Source of the DNA: Thalia democratica
Lineage: Eukaryota
Length of the DNA stretch: 64,000 bases
Direction: 5' to 3'
NCBI GenBank assembly: GCA_965202585.1
Contig: OZ241830.1
Location: 9,982,001 to 10,046,000, forward strand
A program made the translations under genes and the position numbers. The notes under the pieces were generated by a model. The model was not told the DNA's origin and searched no databases. It saw only the letters and a list, made by a program, of their open reading frames with translations. Position 1 is the stretch's first letter; the number at the start of each line of letters is the position of its first letter. Positions 1 through 12,500 of this stretch are shown here, piece after piece.

Positions 1-3000
1 GAGCTTCTTCGAAGAATTTTTGATGGATATTAGTCTCAAGTCATTTGAAGTCCATCAAATTTAATTTAGTTGTATGTAATGTTTCAGTTTTGTCTATTCT
101 TATAAACTTTGCTTCTACTCAATGATTTATCGCTTTTGTCAAATTTTATTTTGTTAGCTGCGGTATGTACTTCTATGTTATATTTTCTATGTACGTGTAT
201 AACTGGATATAGCAAATTGTTTTCTACAATAAACTGCACAAAATAAAAACCTATAGTTTTTTATACAGCTATGCAATTATGTGGTATATTAGAATCAATT
301 ATTATACAACTATTTGAACAAATAAAAAGTAAAAATATAAAACATAAACCTACAAATATTTTGGTATTTTTGAAAATTTTATAAAAATAGTTAAACATAT
401 AGACGCTTAAGTTACTTTCATCGGATAGTACTAAGTTAAACTTAAATGACAATAACCGAATCGCTATATATTTAGTTCCTAGTCTTCTACTTTAAACTGT
501 TACAATTAATCCTGAATGAAAACTAATTTATACTTTAACCTTGAATTGCTACTTAAAAGACTAAAAGTCCTAAAATTAAAACAATTATTTTATTACGGAC
601 TGCATGTGGTATACAATTTTTAGTCTTTTTTTCACCCTTTTTTGAGCTTAAATTCTTTTAGATAAATAAAATTCTAGTTCTAATTAAAAACAAATTTCCC
701 CTTGTAAATTTTTAACATAGTATGCAAGTAAAACTATAAATTAAATAGTTATTTAATGAATGGAAAACAATGCTGTCCTAAATATTATTTTTAAAAGCTT
801 TTGATTACCGTTAGTTATCTAATAGATTGAATTTATAAAACAAACTTACTAAATGAAATGCAAATTTAGACCAAATATGTATTAATGTAGAATTTTGGTT
901 GTGGAACAATTAATTCTATTTATACGAAATATTTTATCTTGAAATAACTCTAATTGATGAAAAAAACAAGGTATCTCAATACTACTTCTCAACTATAAAA
1001 GTTACTGAAGTAAAATTAAAAAAATAATAAAAATGTAGTGTTAGTTTGTGTTGTATGCATGAGAGCATTAAGGTAAAAAAACCAAAAAAAATTGTTCTTT
1101 TTATTAAAACTAGTAGATTTAAAAAGAATATCAAGCAAAATAAAAAAAATAAGAACCAAATTCGATTATTTTATGGTTTTATTTGCTTATTTATAAAAGT
1201 TTTCGATGAGTTAACTGTTTTAAAAAATAAATTAATACCTACAGAATACATAAGATTATTATTAAAAAGTTGCTACAGTAGATAGATAATAGAAACAAGT
1301 CGTAAAAATTGTGATGCAACTAACTAAAAACAATAAAAAATACTACAAGACTTTTTTTTTTCATTTCAATTGTTTTTCAAGTTTGTTCTATCCAATAAGA
1401 TTAAGAAAACTGTTTGAAAGCATTTATAGTTTCCACAGGTGACTTTTAAAATCAAAAATGTTAAAAATAATAATATAGATTGTTAACTTAATCAAACTTC
1501 GGAAAATCGTGAAAAAATTTTGAAAAAAGAAGTGATAAAACGTAGTAAGACTCAAAATCCTGCTGTTTGTATGAAGATATATAATAGTCATGATGTCAAA
1601 AACAAAATTTGAATTGTAATTGACATTTAAGCTGATAATAATAATGTTAAATTTAATTTGTTTTTGAGACGATGAAACAGTAATTATACGAGTCAATTCT
1701 TTTAAAGTTCTAGATTGTTTTTATTCATGAATGTATAGTTTGATATAAGGTGCTGATAATATAATTTTTTTTGTTGAAGTTGTATAAGTAATGCTAATTT
1801 TTTTTTTGCAAACTTTTCTATACGTTAAAATAATGATTGAATTGTAAATACAAAACTATTTTCCAATAAAACTACGCATACTTGAAACAAAATAATGGTA
1901 CATTTTTCATCACGGAAGATATTTGGCTTCGCATTTGTGATAACGGTAGTATGAAATTGATAATAAAACTATTAAAAGGATATGTTATAACTAATGTGGG
2001 TCAGTGTCAACCAGTAAAAATTTCTACTGAGTTATAAGGCAGATCAACAAAGGCATTATGTGGAATACTTAGGAATATTAAATATTTTAGATGTAGATTT
2101 AGTGAAATCCCAATAACAGTGTTTGTTTGTGCTCTTAAAATATTTTCTATCAAATTTGAATGATAATAGCCTTTTTCAATTATTATATTTTTACAGAAAT
2201 GTAGATGAAAAGATGCTTAAAATGGTTAATGTCGATTTAATTTAGTCATAGTTTTTATTTCTGTAGTTTTTGATTATTATTCTATGAATTATATGCTTAA
2301 AGCTTTTTACTCAATAGCATAAAATTTCTCGTTTTATATCAACATTGAGTTGGGAAATTAAATGTTAAATTTCAAAGTTGTTGATTTCTTGTTACTTTTA
2401 TAAACTTAATCCAAAACTTATAGGTTCATTCTTTTAACTCCAAAGTTAATTTTAAGTCTAAGTAAAAATTGTTTTATAATTATTTTAAACTTCATGTTAG
2501 ACAAAGTTATTCGTTAAACAGAGTTTTTACTTACTGCTTTTCGATCTCTAAGCTAAATTTTCTAAAATATATTTATTACGAATTTAACTTTTTAAGTATA
2601 CTAATTTATGCAATTAATTTTAGATTATATAAAATTTTAAGTAACTTTCCACAGTCAAAAATTAACGGAATAAATTTTTATCAACTCTTATAATAATTAT
2701 TTGTTTTCTAAACCAGAAAATAAATATATTACAATACAAACTTGACTAAATACAATAAAGTATTTAAAAATAGTAAAACTAATCAAAATAAACTTGTATA
2801 CAAAATTTTATTTAATAAAGAAGTCTTATTTTAAAAACTAATTTTTACTAATTAAGAACTAGTTGTTTTATTTTAATTAACTTTTAGAAACTAGAATAAC
2901 AAATAGTTTTTCAAACTTATTGCTTACAAGTTAAAAAATCATATCCTAAAAGTTTTTTTTTTTGAATATTAAATAATCAATAATAAATTTGTAGTTTTAA

Positions 3001-5146
3001 ATTTAAATAAACTGATTCGTTTATATAGTTTTTAATAAATGTATACCTTATTAGTAATAATAATAAATATTTTTTTAAATAAAATTGTATGATTTTTTTA
3101 CTTGTGGACTTTTTAGCACATAGAGTAAAGTTTTTTAAAGTTAAACAAAAAACTTTTGATTATGCTTTGAATTCAATATTAATTATTTTTTATGCCAAAT
3201 AAGTAAACTTTTGAAACAATTTAGTCTAATTTATAAATAAAACTGTTTAAGTAATCAATTTACTGTAAAAAACGGTTTTGCAATAAATCAAATTAAGTTT
3301 ATTGCATTTTGTGCAAAGAGACAATAAAATAACGTATACAGTTTATAAAGTAAGTTTTGAAGAAATGTTGTTTAATTGGTTTATCTAAAAACTTTTAATA
3401 AAAAATAACTGCGGAATTTAAAGCGTAAAAGTAAAATAAACATTTTTATATATTCAAAAAATTTAACTTTTAAAAATGTCATATAAAAAAGCTTATTTAC
3501 GTAAAAAACAAAACATACTTTATAAACAAATGCAAAACTTATAAAGTATATATGTATCGCGTACTAGTTGGAACGGATGTAAGTATAAAGACTAATTTAA
3601 TTAACTAAATCAAAATTTCAAATTTTTCTTTTCAAACTTTCACTTTAGATTGGAATTCTTTTGAAAATGATTCACCCTGAAAATTAATTAAAAAGTTAAA
3701 TGTTATTTTTTGTTAAAAGTATTAAAATTGTTATGACAACTTAGCTATCTACCAACTAAGTTGTTATAACATTAAATCTTATACTTTTTATAAACAAAAT
3801 TAATAATAAATTTGATATTTATGGTTATAAAATCTTCACTAACTCATTTGTAAATTTTAGTAATAATACAAAAATTTTGCCATGTAAATACTGTTTATTA
3901 AAGACTTTAGAATCTTTAAAACTAAAAATTAGGTTAACATTTAGCTAACAGTTGATTATATTCAAACTTTTCTAAATTCAATCATTTGTAATATAAACAA
4001 CTTTTAGAATCATGTTTGAATAAGTAAAAATATGTTAAAGTCAACTAATGCGGAAATATTAAAAGCTTGTTCATAAATGCATGTACTAAGATTTTAGAAT
4101 TACGTTTAAGTTATAATTTATAACATGTGATTAGTCACATTAAAACTTGGAAGTAATCATGATTATACAACTTTTAGTTTAAATAGTTACGAGTAACAAA
4201 AGCTTCAAACTAACTTTATACAATGAATAAATAGATTTGAAGTTTGTAAAAAACAAATAGACCAAAAATATTAAAAATGTGTAATTTTGGACATGTTAAT
4301 TATCAAATATGAATACAATTCAACTTTTCTCAAAGTTTTGTAAATTTATTAATAATAAACTAAAACTTTGTTAAAAAAAAATTTAGCTGTCATAAGACTT
4401 ACTGATATTATACTAAACAAGCCAAGAACCATTGAAAAATTTTTCATTAATAGTTTCAGAATATGCTTATTTAAATACGGCTGAGCCCATGTCATACGAT
4501 TTTTAGAAAAAATAAACAACAAGACTTTTAAACAACCCTGTTTTCCAATACAAATTTTTTTATTCAAAAAACATTATTTTTTAAATTTATTTTAAACGCG
4601 TATATATCGGTGTTTGTCTGTCAAATACGTGTTACTTAGTTCTCGCTTGCTGCTTCCACTCTTTAAGTTACGATGATAAATTGAAGTCGACGTTTCAACA
4701 AGTTAAACTCAACATCTAGGTTCGAGAATCAAGAATGTCAAATAGCGAGCATTAAAACGTCCACATCGTTGGTGTTTTGTAGAATTTTACGATTGTTAAT
4801 ACTTTTTATAGATTTTATTTGTGTCGTGATTTAATAGTTGCTTTCTTCAGAACTTGTGATTATTATTTTAAATAAAGTAACTTGCAGTGACTCAAAGTTT
4901 AACTTAGGAATAAGTTACTTTAAGTTAGACCAATATTAACTTTAGTTCTGCAAGCTACTCGTAAGTAAAGCAGTCAGTTTAGTAAGTACTTTGAGACCAC
5001 ATACTTAAGACCATAAAATATAACTAGTACTAAACATGTATCATTGTGGTTGTACCGTCTTTTTTTAAAGAACATTAACAGCATTAACTTAAATTATTTT
5101 TTATCTTCATTATAACTTCATTACAATTATTTTAGCAAATTGTCGA

Positions 5147-5164
5147 CTACCAACGATGTGAAAC
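5147..5164 (-). CDS. RASGRP: tentative RasGRP terminal coding exon (VSHRW*)
   Basis: pyrimidine tract plus ctag acceptor, in-phase TAG; no homology support. Confidence 0.3.
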   Translation of the reverse strand, partial: VSHRW

Positions 5165-6520
5165 CTAGCAATTAAAAATAATGAATTAAAAAATAATATT
5201 GTAAAATAAAATAAAACTACAACCTAAAAACCTTAAACTCAACTTTTACATTAAAACTGATACTTTACAACAAAATGTAAGTACTTGGAATCAGATTAAA
5301 ATATGTTTTAAAGCAATAACTAATTTAGTTTAGACTATATTTGCTTATAAAGCTGTTTTGTATAAACTAAATGTTTTAAACACACTAAAATATTTTTGTC
5401 AAGTTTTTTTCAATTTTTTTTCAAACTATGTTATATGCTTAAAGTTACTTAAAAACAACTAAATAAATAAAAACATAAAAGTAATGTTCTGACCTCATTT
5501 GAGTAATTTTCTAGTGATTTTGTGGAAATTTCTATATCATTGTTCTGTTTTGTATTTGTTGTCGAGTTGTTCTGCGCTTGATGTGGTGACACCTGATTGG
5601 TTGGAATCGTTGGTGGATACAAAAATCTGAAAAATATACAGTTGTATAAATAACCTACACAAAAATAATTAAAGTAGATATTTAAGCTCTTTAAAATTTT
5701 ACTGTTTATGTTGTTTAAAGTTATGAGTGCTACAAAAGCTTTGAAAATATTTTCAATATGCTTGTTAAGAAAAGCAGTTGTGGCTTAGATAACACATTAT
5801 CAAACTAGTTAAAGTATAAACTGAAACCTGGAAAGTTTGTAAAGGTTAATTTTGAAGTAAAAGAAAGACAACATATATATGTAATTAAGTAGAATCAAGT
5901 TCAAATAAATTAGTAAATGTTTTCTTTGTGCTATGGGTGAAACTGTAATTACAAAATTTTGCTTTTTGCAAACAGCTTTTTATGTTATACTGCATGTACT
6001 TATTCTTAGATGAGCTTTAATTAGATGACTTAAAACAAATATTAAATATGAATTATAAACATTAGGGACATCGATAAGGTACAGTAAGTTGTTAACCTAA
6101 CCTTGTGACTCCGGATGAACACGCTTCTTTATTAACAAGAGTTGAAAAATTAAAAACAATAAATATACATTTATACATTCTATTTTTCAAATCTCACCTG
6201 GTTCCTCCGTAAGAAGAAGCTTCGTTGTTCACCGGAGTTGGAGGAGCCGACCAGCAAGGAGCCGCGGAAAATGAGGAAGAACACCCTGATGATATACCTG
6301 AAATTAATTAGTATATATATATATATATTTATAAGAATATAGTTAAAGTGGTATTTTAAACGTATTCGGAGAACATCCTGATGATATGGCTGGGATTATA
6401 AATTACCGTAATTATTAAATATTATTAAACATAATGACTTTAAAATAAATAAGGATGACGTAATAATGAGGATGACGTAATAAATGAGGATTACGTACCT
6501 GAAATTAACTTATGAATAAG

Positions 6521-6570
<50 letters not shown>

Positions 6571-9500
6571 ATAAATGAGGATGACGTAATATATGAGGAT
6601 GACGTACCTGAAATTAACTTATGCATAAACATACATATATGTATATATATACATATATAATAAATGAGGATGACGTAATAATGAGGAGGACATACCTGAA
6701 ATGGCACCCGATGAAGAGTTGCCTCCTGAACAACCTGAAACTCCGCTGTCGCACCTAAAATTATAAAATTATTAAAGTTTAATAAAACATTATATTTAAA
6801 ATAATTTCATCAAAATTTGTTGGTTTGTATAAAACTTTCTTACTTTTATTTGTCTGAATAAAATAGAAACATGAACAATGATTACAAAAAAAACAGTAAA
6901 AACTAAGTTTAGGGTTTTTAATTCTTTACGTTTTGCTAAACTATTAAGAATATAATAAAATAAAAACGTTAAACATTTTTACCTCTGCATGCTGACGTCA
7001 GCGCTCAGCGACGAGCTGGAAGTTCCCGCCGATTCTCCGTCACGGGAATTCCCCACCAAGCCCTGGGAGTTTCCCTGCAACGACGCCTCGGTGTGGCTGC
7101 GCGGCCTTCCCCCGCTCGTCACCCTCTCGGAGCTCCTCGGTCGCGACGCGGATCTTTTGTCCGCTATGCGGCGCTGCGTGGCGGTCGAATGTTTCGCGGT
7201 TTGGGGACTTTTTTTCGGGTTGAACGAGGGACTGCTCGTTACTGACATACTGCCTGTTGAAATATCAACTATTTTAATTTTTAATTTTGTTTGTATTAAT
7301 AAATTTTCATGCTTCCTATGTACTCAATTGCTTGTGATAAAATTAGCACGGTGTTCGCACGCTCGGATTAGTTTGTGTAGATAAGTGTGTATGATAGTTG
7401 AAGTTAGTGTTTTGTCAAGTTGCTTTTGATTCACTTACTTACAAAATTCAACAGTGGATTACTTTTTTGCTTGCAACTGATGAGTTAAACAGTTAAAAAC
7501 GTCAAGTTTTTGGTAAATAAAAATAATCAGTGTTTTGCGTAAGTTCATAAAAATCAAAACTGAGCTGAAAATTAGAATATTATATTTAACTAAAAGTATC
7601 AAAAAAGCTCACCTGTTCTGCTGGTTTCATCACCCGCTGGTTTGGCGACGTCGAACATGAAAACTTTCGATTTACCGTCGCTTCTCTCGCTTTTCGGTTC
7701 GGATAACGACTCGCAACTGGACGGGTAGGCCGACTCGTACAGCGGGAAGAGCTTGTCTGAAAATTTCAAGTTTTTTTCTTTACTAATTAAATTTTTTTAT
7801 TTTAATGTAAATAAGCGTGCAGAACTGCAAATTGTATTTTTAATAATGTTGCCTCAATCATGTTATTGATTGTTTGAAGTATGTTTTTTTTCAAAAATTA
7901 AAAAAAATATTTATTAAAAATTAACTACTAAATTAATCAAATTACTAGTAATTTTTTTTTATATTGTAATCGTTATGAATAAGTGTGCAGAGTTGCAAAT
8001 TGTTTTTCTAACAATTGCGTCTCAATTATGTTTTTGATTGTTTTTAGTGCATTTTTTCAAATTTTTGAGCGTGTCTAAAAAAACTTATTATTTCGTTATC
8101 AAAGTGATTAAAATAATCAAATCAGCATAGTCCAAAAAACTTGAGGAAGCAAAAATTACTCCACGTTTTTTTTTTGTTTTACATACTATTTAAGAAAAGT
8201 AAGTAAAAATTAATAATTTAATAACAAATGAAAAACCTTTAGAATGCACTTTGTTACTTAGTCATTAATACTAAATAAGCTAAATTTACAATTAAATAAA
8301 AGAACAAAAAATTTTAAATATCACACAACTATTTTTTTAAATATACAAACAATAAAAACTGCTAAACATGCTACTATTATAATAGGAACGGGTCAAAACT
8401 GCACGAAGACAAAATTACACGCGGATACTTTTGTACGAGGGAAAAAAAATTGCACGAGTTACAATTTTTGCACGAGAATAAAAAAAAAACAGGAAAGGAA
8501 AACTAAAAACCAAATTAATAAAAAAACAAAAAGAAGAAAAAGTTACTTACCGAGGGTAAGGGTAACAGTGATAGCAAAAAAAAATTTAAAAAAGAAAAAA
8601 AAAACCCGTGCACAAATGTCTCTGTGCAAAATTGTCTTCGTGCAAAAGTGACCTTCGTGCAAAAGTGACCCTTCGTGCAATCTTGTGCCCTCGTGCAATT
8701 TTGTACGCTCGTGCGAATTTGACAGCTTCCCATTATAATGTTTCAAACGTGTATTTAAAATCAAACACACTTAGAATTTAAGAATAAATGAGTTAACTAC
8801 TAAGTTATCAATCTCTTATTACAGACGTATGAAGTAAAACTGTCATACAAGATTTCAACACTAACTGATCAATCCGTCGTTGCTGTTCGACGAAGTAAAC
8901 GAGTTCCCGCGCTTTAATTTTTCGTGCACCAAATTGGCTCTTTTCATTATTTTCACCACCTGGTGGGGCTCTTCGGCGCTGCAACGCTCCTGATTGGCTC
9001 TCTCGAACGTTTCGTCGTCCAATGGTTGTTCTTCTGGCGGAGAAATAAATTTTCGTTAGTTTAAAAACTACTATCTTAATAAGGACAGCACATAAATATA
9101 TTCAGCTGAAGACATGAAACATAACTGGTTTAAATTTAAATAAAAATTTTTTGGTATAGATAATTTTTTTTTGTTTCATAACGATATAGAACAGTTTTTG
9201 AGCATATTTTTTAATAAAGTTTTAATAAAAACATTTCAGACAGAGTATAATAGTTGTAAAATTTAAAAAAATATTTGTACAAAAAATACAATATATTAAT
9301 TACATTTTAATGGACATTTAATCATAAATTGCTTTTTTGATATTTGTAATAAAAAGTAGTGTTGTTTTAAAAACGTAAATGTGGTTACTTGATATAAGAA
9401 ACTTTAAAAAACATATATAAACTTAAACCTAAATTTAAGCTTAATACTAACCACTACTTTTAGGCAGTTGTATCGACAACGCCGTGGATTTTGTCTTTTT

Positions 9501-12500
9501 TTTCTTTTTCAGGTTTTCTTTGTTTTCTTTCGCCCTACACTCGACTACTATCTTGTTCTTGCAGGACTTGTGGCAGTTTATTCCACAAACTTAAAAAAAA
9601 AATTATAACGTTTAATAAACAAAACAAGCTCGTTAAAACGATAAAGTATGCTAGTTTTTTTTGAAACATTAAATTATGTACACTAGAATTGAACAAGTAA
9701 CTAATTAGCTTCAGTTTAGTAAAGCTGTGTACTTTTAGACAGTTTTGAAAAAGAAAAAAAGGTTTTTTAAACACTTGTTAGTAATTTAAAAAGATTTTTA
9801 AAACACATTTTACGTTTCAAAAGCTTTGTTGAGTATAACTATTTTGTGCTATTATTGTTGAAAATTGTTGATTTTATGACAGAGTCTTTGTTAAAAGTAG
9901 CAAAAAGTGAAAAATAATTTTCTAATACATTATACATGATTTACTAGTGATTTGAGTTTATTGTCAAACTACAGTTTCATAATAGAACCATTACCAAATA
10001 TCATCATTTCAAAAAACTTATTGAAATTATTACAATAAACCAAGTTGTAACCGATGATCACTGTTATTAATGCCACTGTGAAACGTTTTTTTTTTACAAA
10101 AACTTAAATCAGTATTATCTTAAATCTTATTGTTACAACTGTGAAACTGTAGTTTTGTAATAAAGATAGATCAGTAATAAATTGTTTTTCTGAATCTCTT
10201 TAACTTTTAGTTGTGCAAAGTTTTACTAGCTTTATTTAAATTATTTTTAAACAACATAAGAACTTAATAGTTATCACATAAAAAAATCGTTTTGTCTGTA
10301 TGGATGTTTTATACCTTCTAACTCAAGCACTGTATTAAAACTATTATACTGATATTCGTTAATAAGATAAAAAGAGTTACAATAAAAAGTAAAGAAAAAA
10401 AGGTATAAAAAAAATTAAAACATTTCTAACCTCGGCACTTCCAGCCCTGCTTTACCAATCCCCAAAGCTGTAAAAAAAATTGAATAAAAATATTTTTCTA
10501 TTTAAAATAATTTTTAATTAATACAACACAATAGTATAATAACAAAAAATATGAATATGGCGATATCAAATTTAACACAATAATAAGAAAAAAACTTGGC
10601 TAAAATAAAATAGAAGGAATGTCATTTAAAATTAAGTTATTTTTTTTTATTCATATAATCTTTTGTTGTTAGTATAACACATTACTACAATAACAAAAAA
10701 TATGAATTTGATGTTTAAACATATATTATAGTAAAAAATATGAATTTAACACAATAAAAAGAAAAAAAAAACTTGACTTTGATTGAATACAAGGGATGCC
10801 ATTTCGAATAAATAAATTCTAAAATGTTTTAAGCTTTTGTTGTTGATATTTAAAAAAAAGTTTTATCTTGCTGTAACTTGATATTGTTGAATATACAAAA
10901 GCATTCTTATAAAAATACTTTGTTGCTAAATATACATTTTATTAATATATCATTACTAAAATCTTAGGTATTTAGATTTATATTGTTATAACTCTATTAA
11001 CAATATGGTTGAAGTTTATCCTTTAAAAAAGAACTAAATGTTTTTTAATAATTTGATACTTAAAAATAGTTTAATTAAAATAGTTAGTCAAGTTTCAAAA
11101 TGATTTTAAGCTAGATTAAGTTTATTTACTTTAATGCTTATTATTTTTGCCTAATAACTTGAAATACAAAAATATATTTATTATTGCAAATTGTACGTTT
11201 TTTATAATTTTAAACTAAAAACTATACATGGTCTTAATTTTTTTGTTAATAAAAGTTTCCTAAGCAAATAGAAAATAGGAAGTATAGCGTTTGTTAATAT
11301 TTAAATACTTAATGTTAAATCAATATAACAAAAAGCTGTTCATTTAATCTGTTTTACCTGCAAAAGTTATTTTAAATTTTAAACTATTATTAATTATGTG
11401 ATATAAACGTTTAAAAATAAGTTAAGCAAAAACAATACAAACGTCTTTAGCTTGTAAAAAGTATATAAAATTGGAAGAAAGTATTTTCGAAGTTTATTTA
11501 ATTTTAGAAATGGAAATAACAATAAAATAAATTTACTAGCAAAACTGGTATGTTTATTTTTAGTAAGGACAACAATATGAAAACAACAATGTTTACATTT
11601 CTAGTTTTTTCCCAATGGACTTTTTTGTCAGCATAAAAAAATTTTAAATGTCAATGTAGTTTCTTACAAAAATTAGATTTAAGAAAAAGTTTATTTATAT
11701 ATAGTATACAAAAATAACTATTTTTCATTTCTTTAAAATTCAAAGTTTTGTTTAAAGAAATTCAGAACATTTAAACTATAAATTTTACACAATTTTAAAA
11801 ATGCGTTAAAAATGTTGTACAAAAACGTGCGTTCTAAACTCTTTAAGTTTAAAAATAACTTTTAATTGAAAATTAATCAGGCGTTTTTATAATACATGTA
11901 TACTTAATTTACATATTTGTTATTGTATTTTACAAAACGTACGCACAAGTCTGCTATTTTTATACTAGCAAATGATAAAAATTTAGTGCATGTTTAAAAA
12001 AACAGTTTCAAAATATATTATAGTTAGTACTTTAACCGGTAACTTTAATAAAACCAAAAAAAAAGTTTGACAAACTTAAAATAAATAATACGTCAGCAAA
12101 AAATTAGATAGATATTTTCTAAAAATTAGAAAACGTCCAAATGTTAAAAGAAGGAATGAGCTTAAATTATATGAAACTTAAAAAAAAAAGCTTAAGTATA
12201 TTATTTTAATTAACTAACCACCTTCCCACACCTGTCACAGAATGTCATATGGAAGTATTAAATAAATAAAAATTAAAGTAAATAAATAAAATAAAACTAT
12301 TAAAATAAGTAATGAACTTACCACTTTTCCACATCTGTCGCAGAACGTAAGGTGGAAGTAGGTGGTTTCCTGAAAATCGTGCTGGAAGTTTCCGAACACG
12401 TCCTGCTTCCGGTTCGATGTCGACGTGATTCGGAGGAAATAATCGAACATCTCACCAGTTGATATGTACCCGTCCCTGTGTGATAATATAATCTTTTAAA

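Noticed and set aside
1400-2170. Broken plus-strand reading frames (QTSENREK..., EDIWLRICDNG...) that could be a transposon relic
   Set aside because: They contain multiple stops and no recognisable motif or termini; a tBLASTn/HMM search would be needed.
4762-5160. 12-bp inverted repeat ACCAACGATGTG around the putative stop and 3' UTR
   Set aside because: It is too short and widely spaced to claim a structure.
6102-6126. Apparent 22-25 nt microexon (SVFIRSHK)
   Set aside because: Inclusion breaks the phase into exon 24, and in another frame it is an echo of the exon 23 end.
6989-7384. 131-aa plus-strand ORF; likewise 22126-22410
   Set aside because: These are antisense shadows of GC-rich RasGRP exons 21 and 9.
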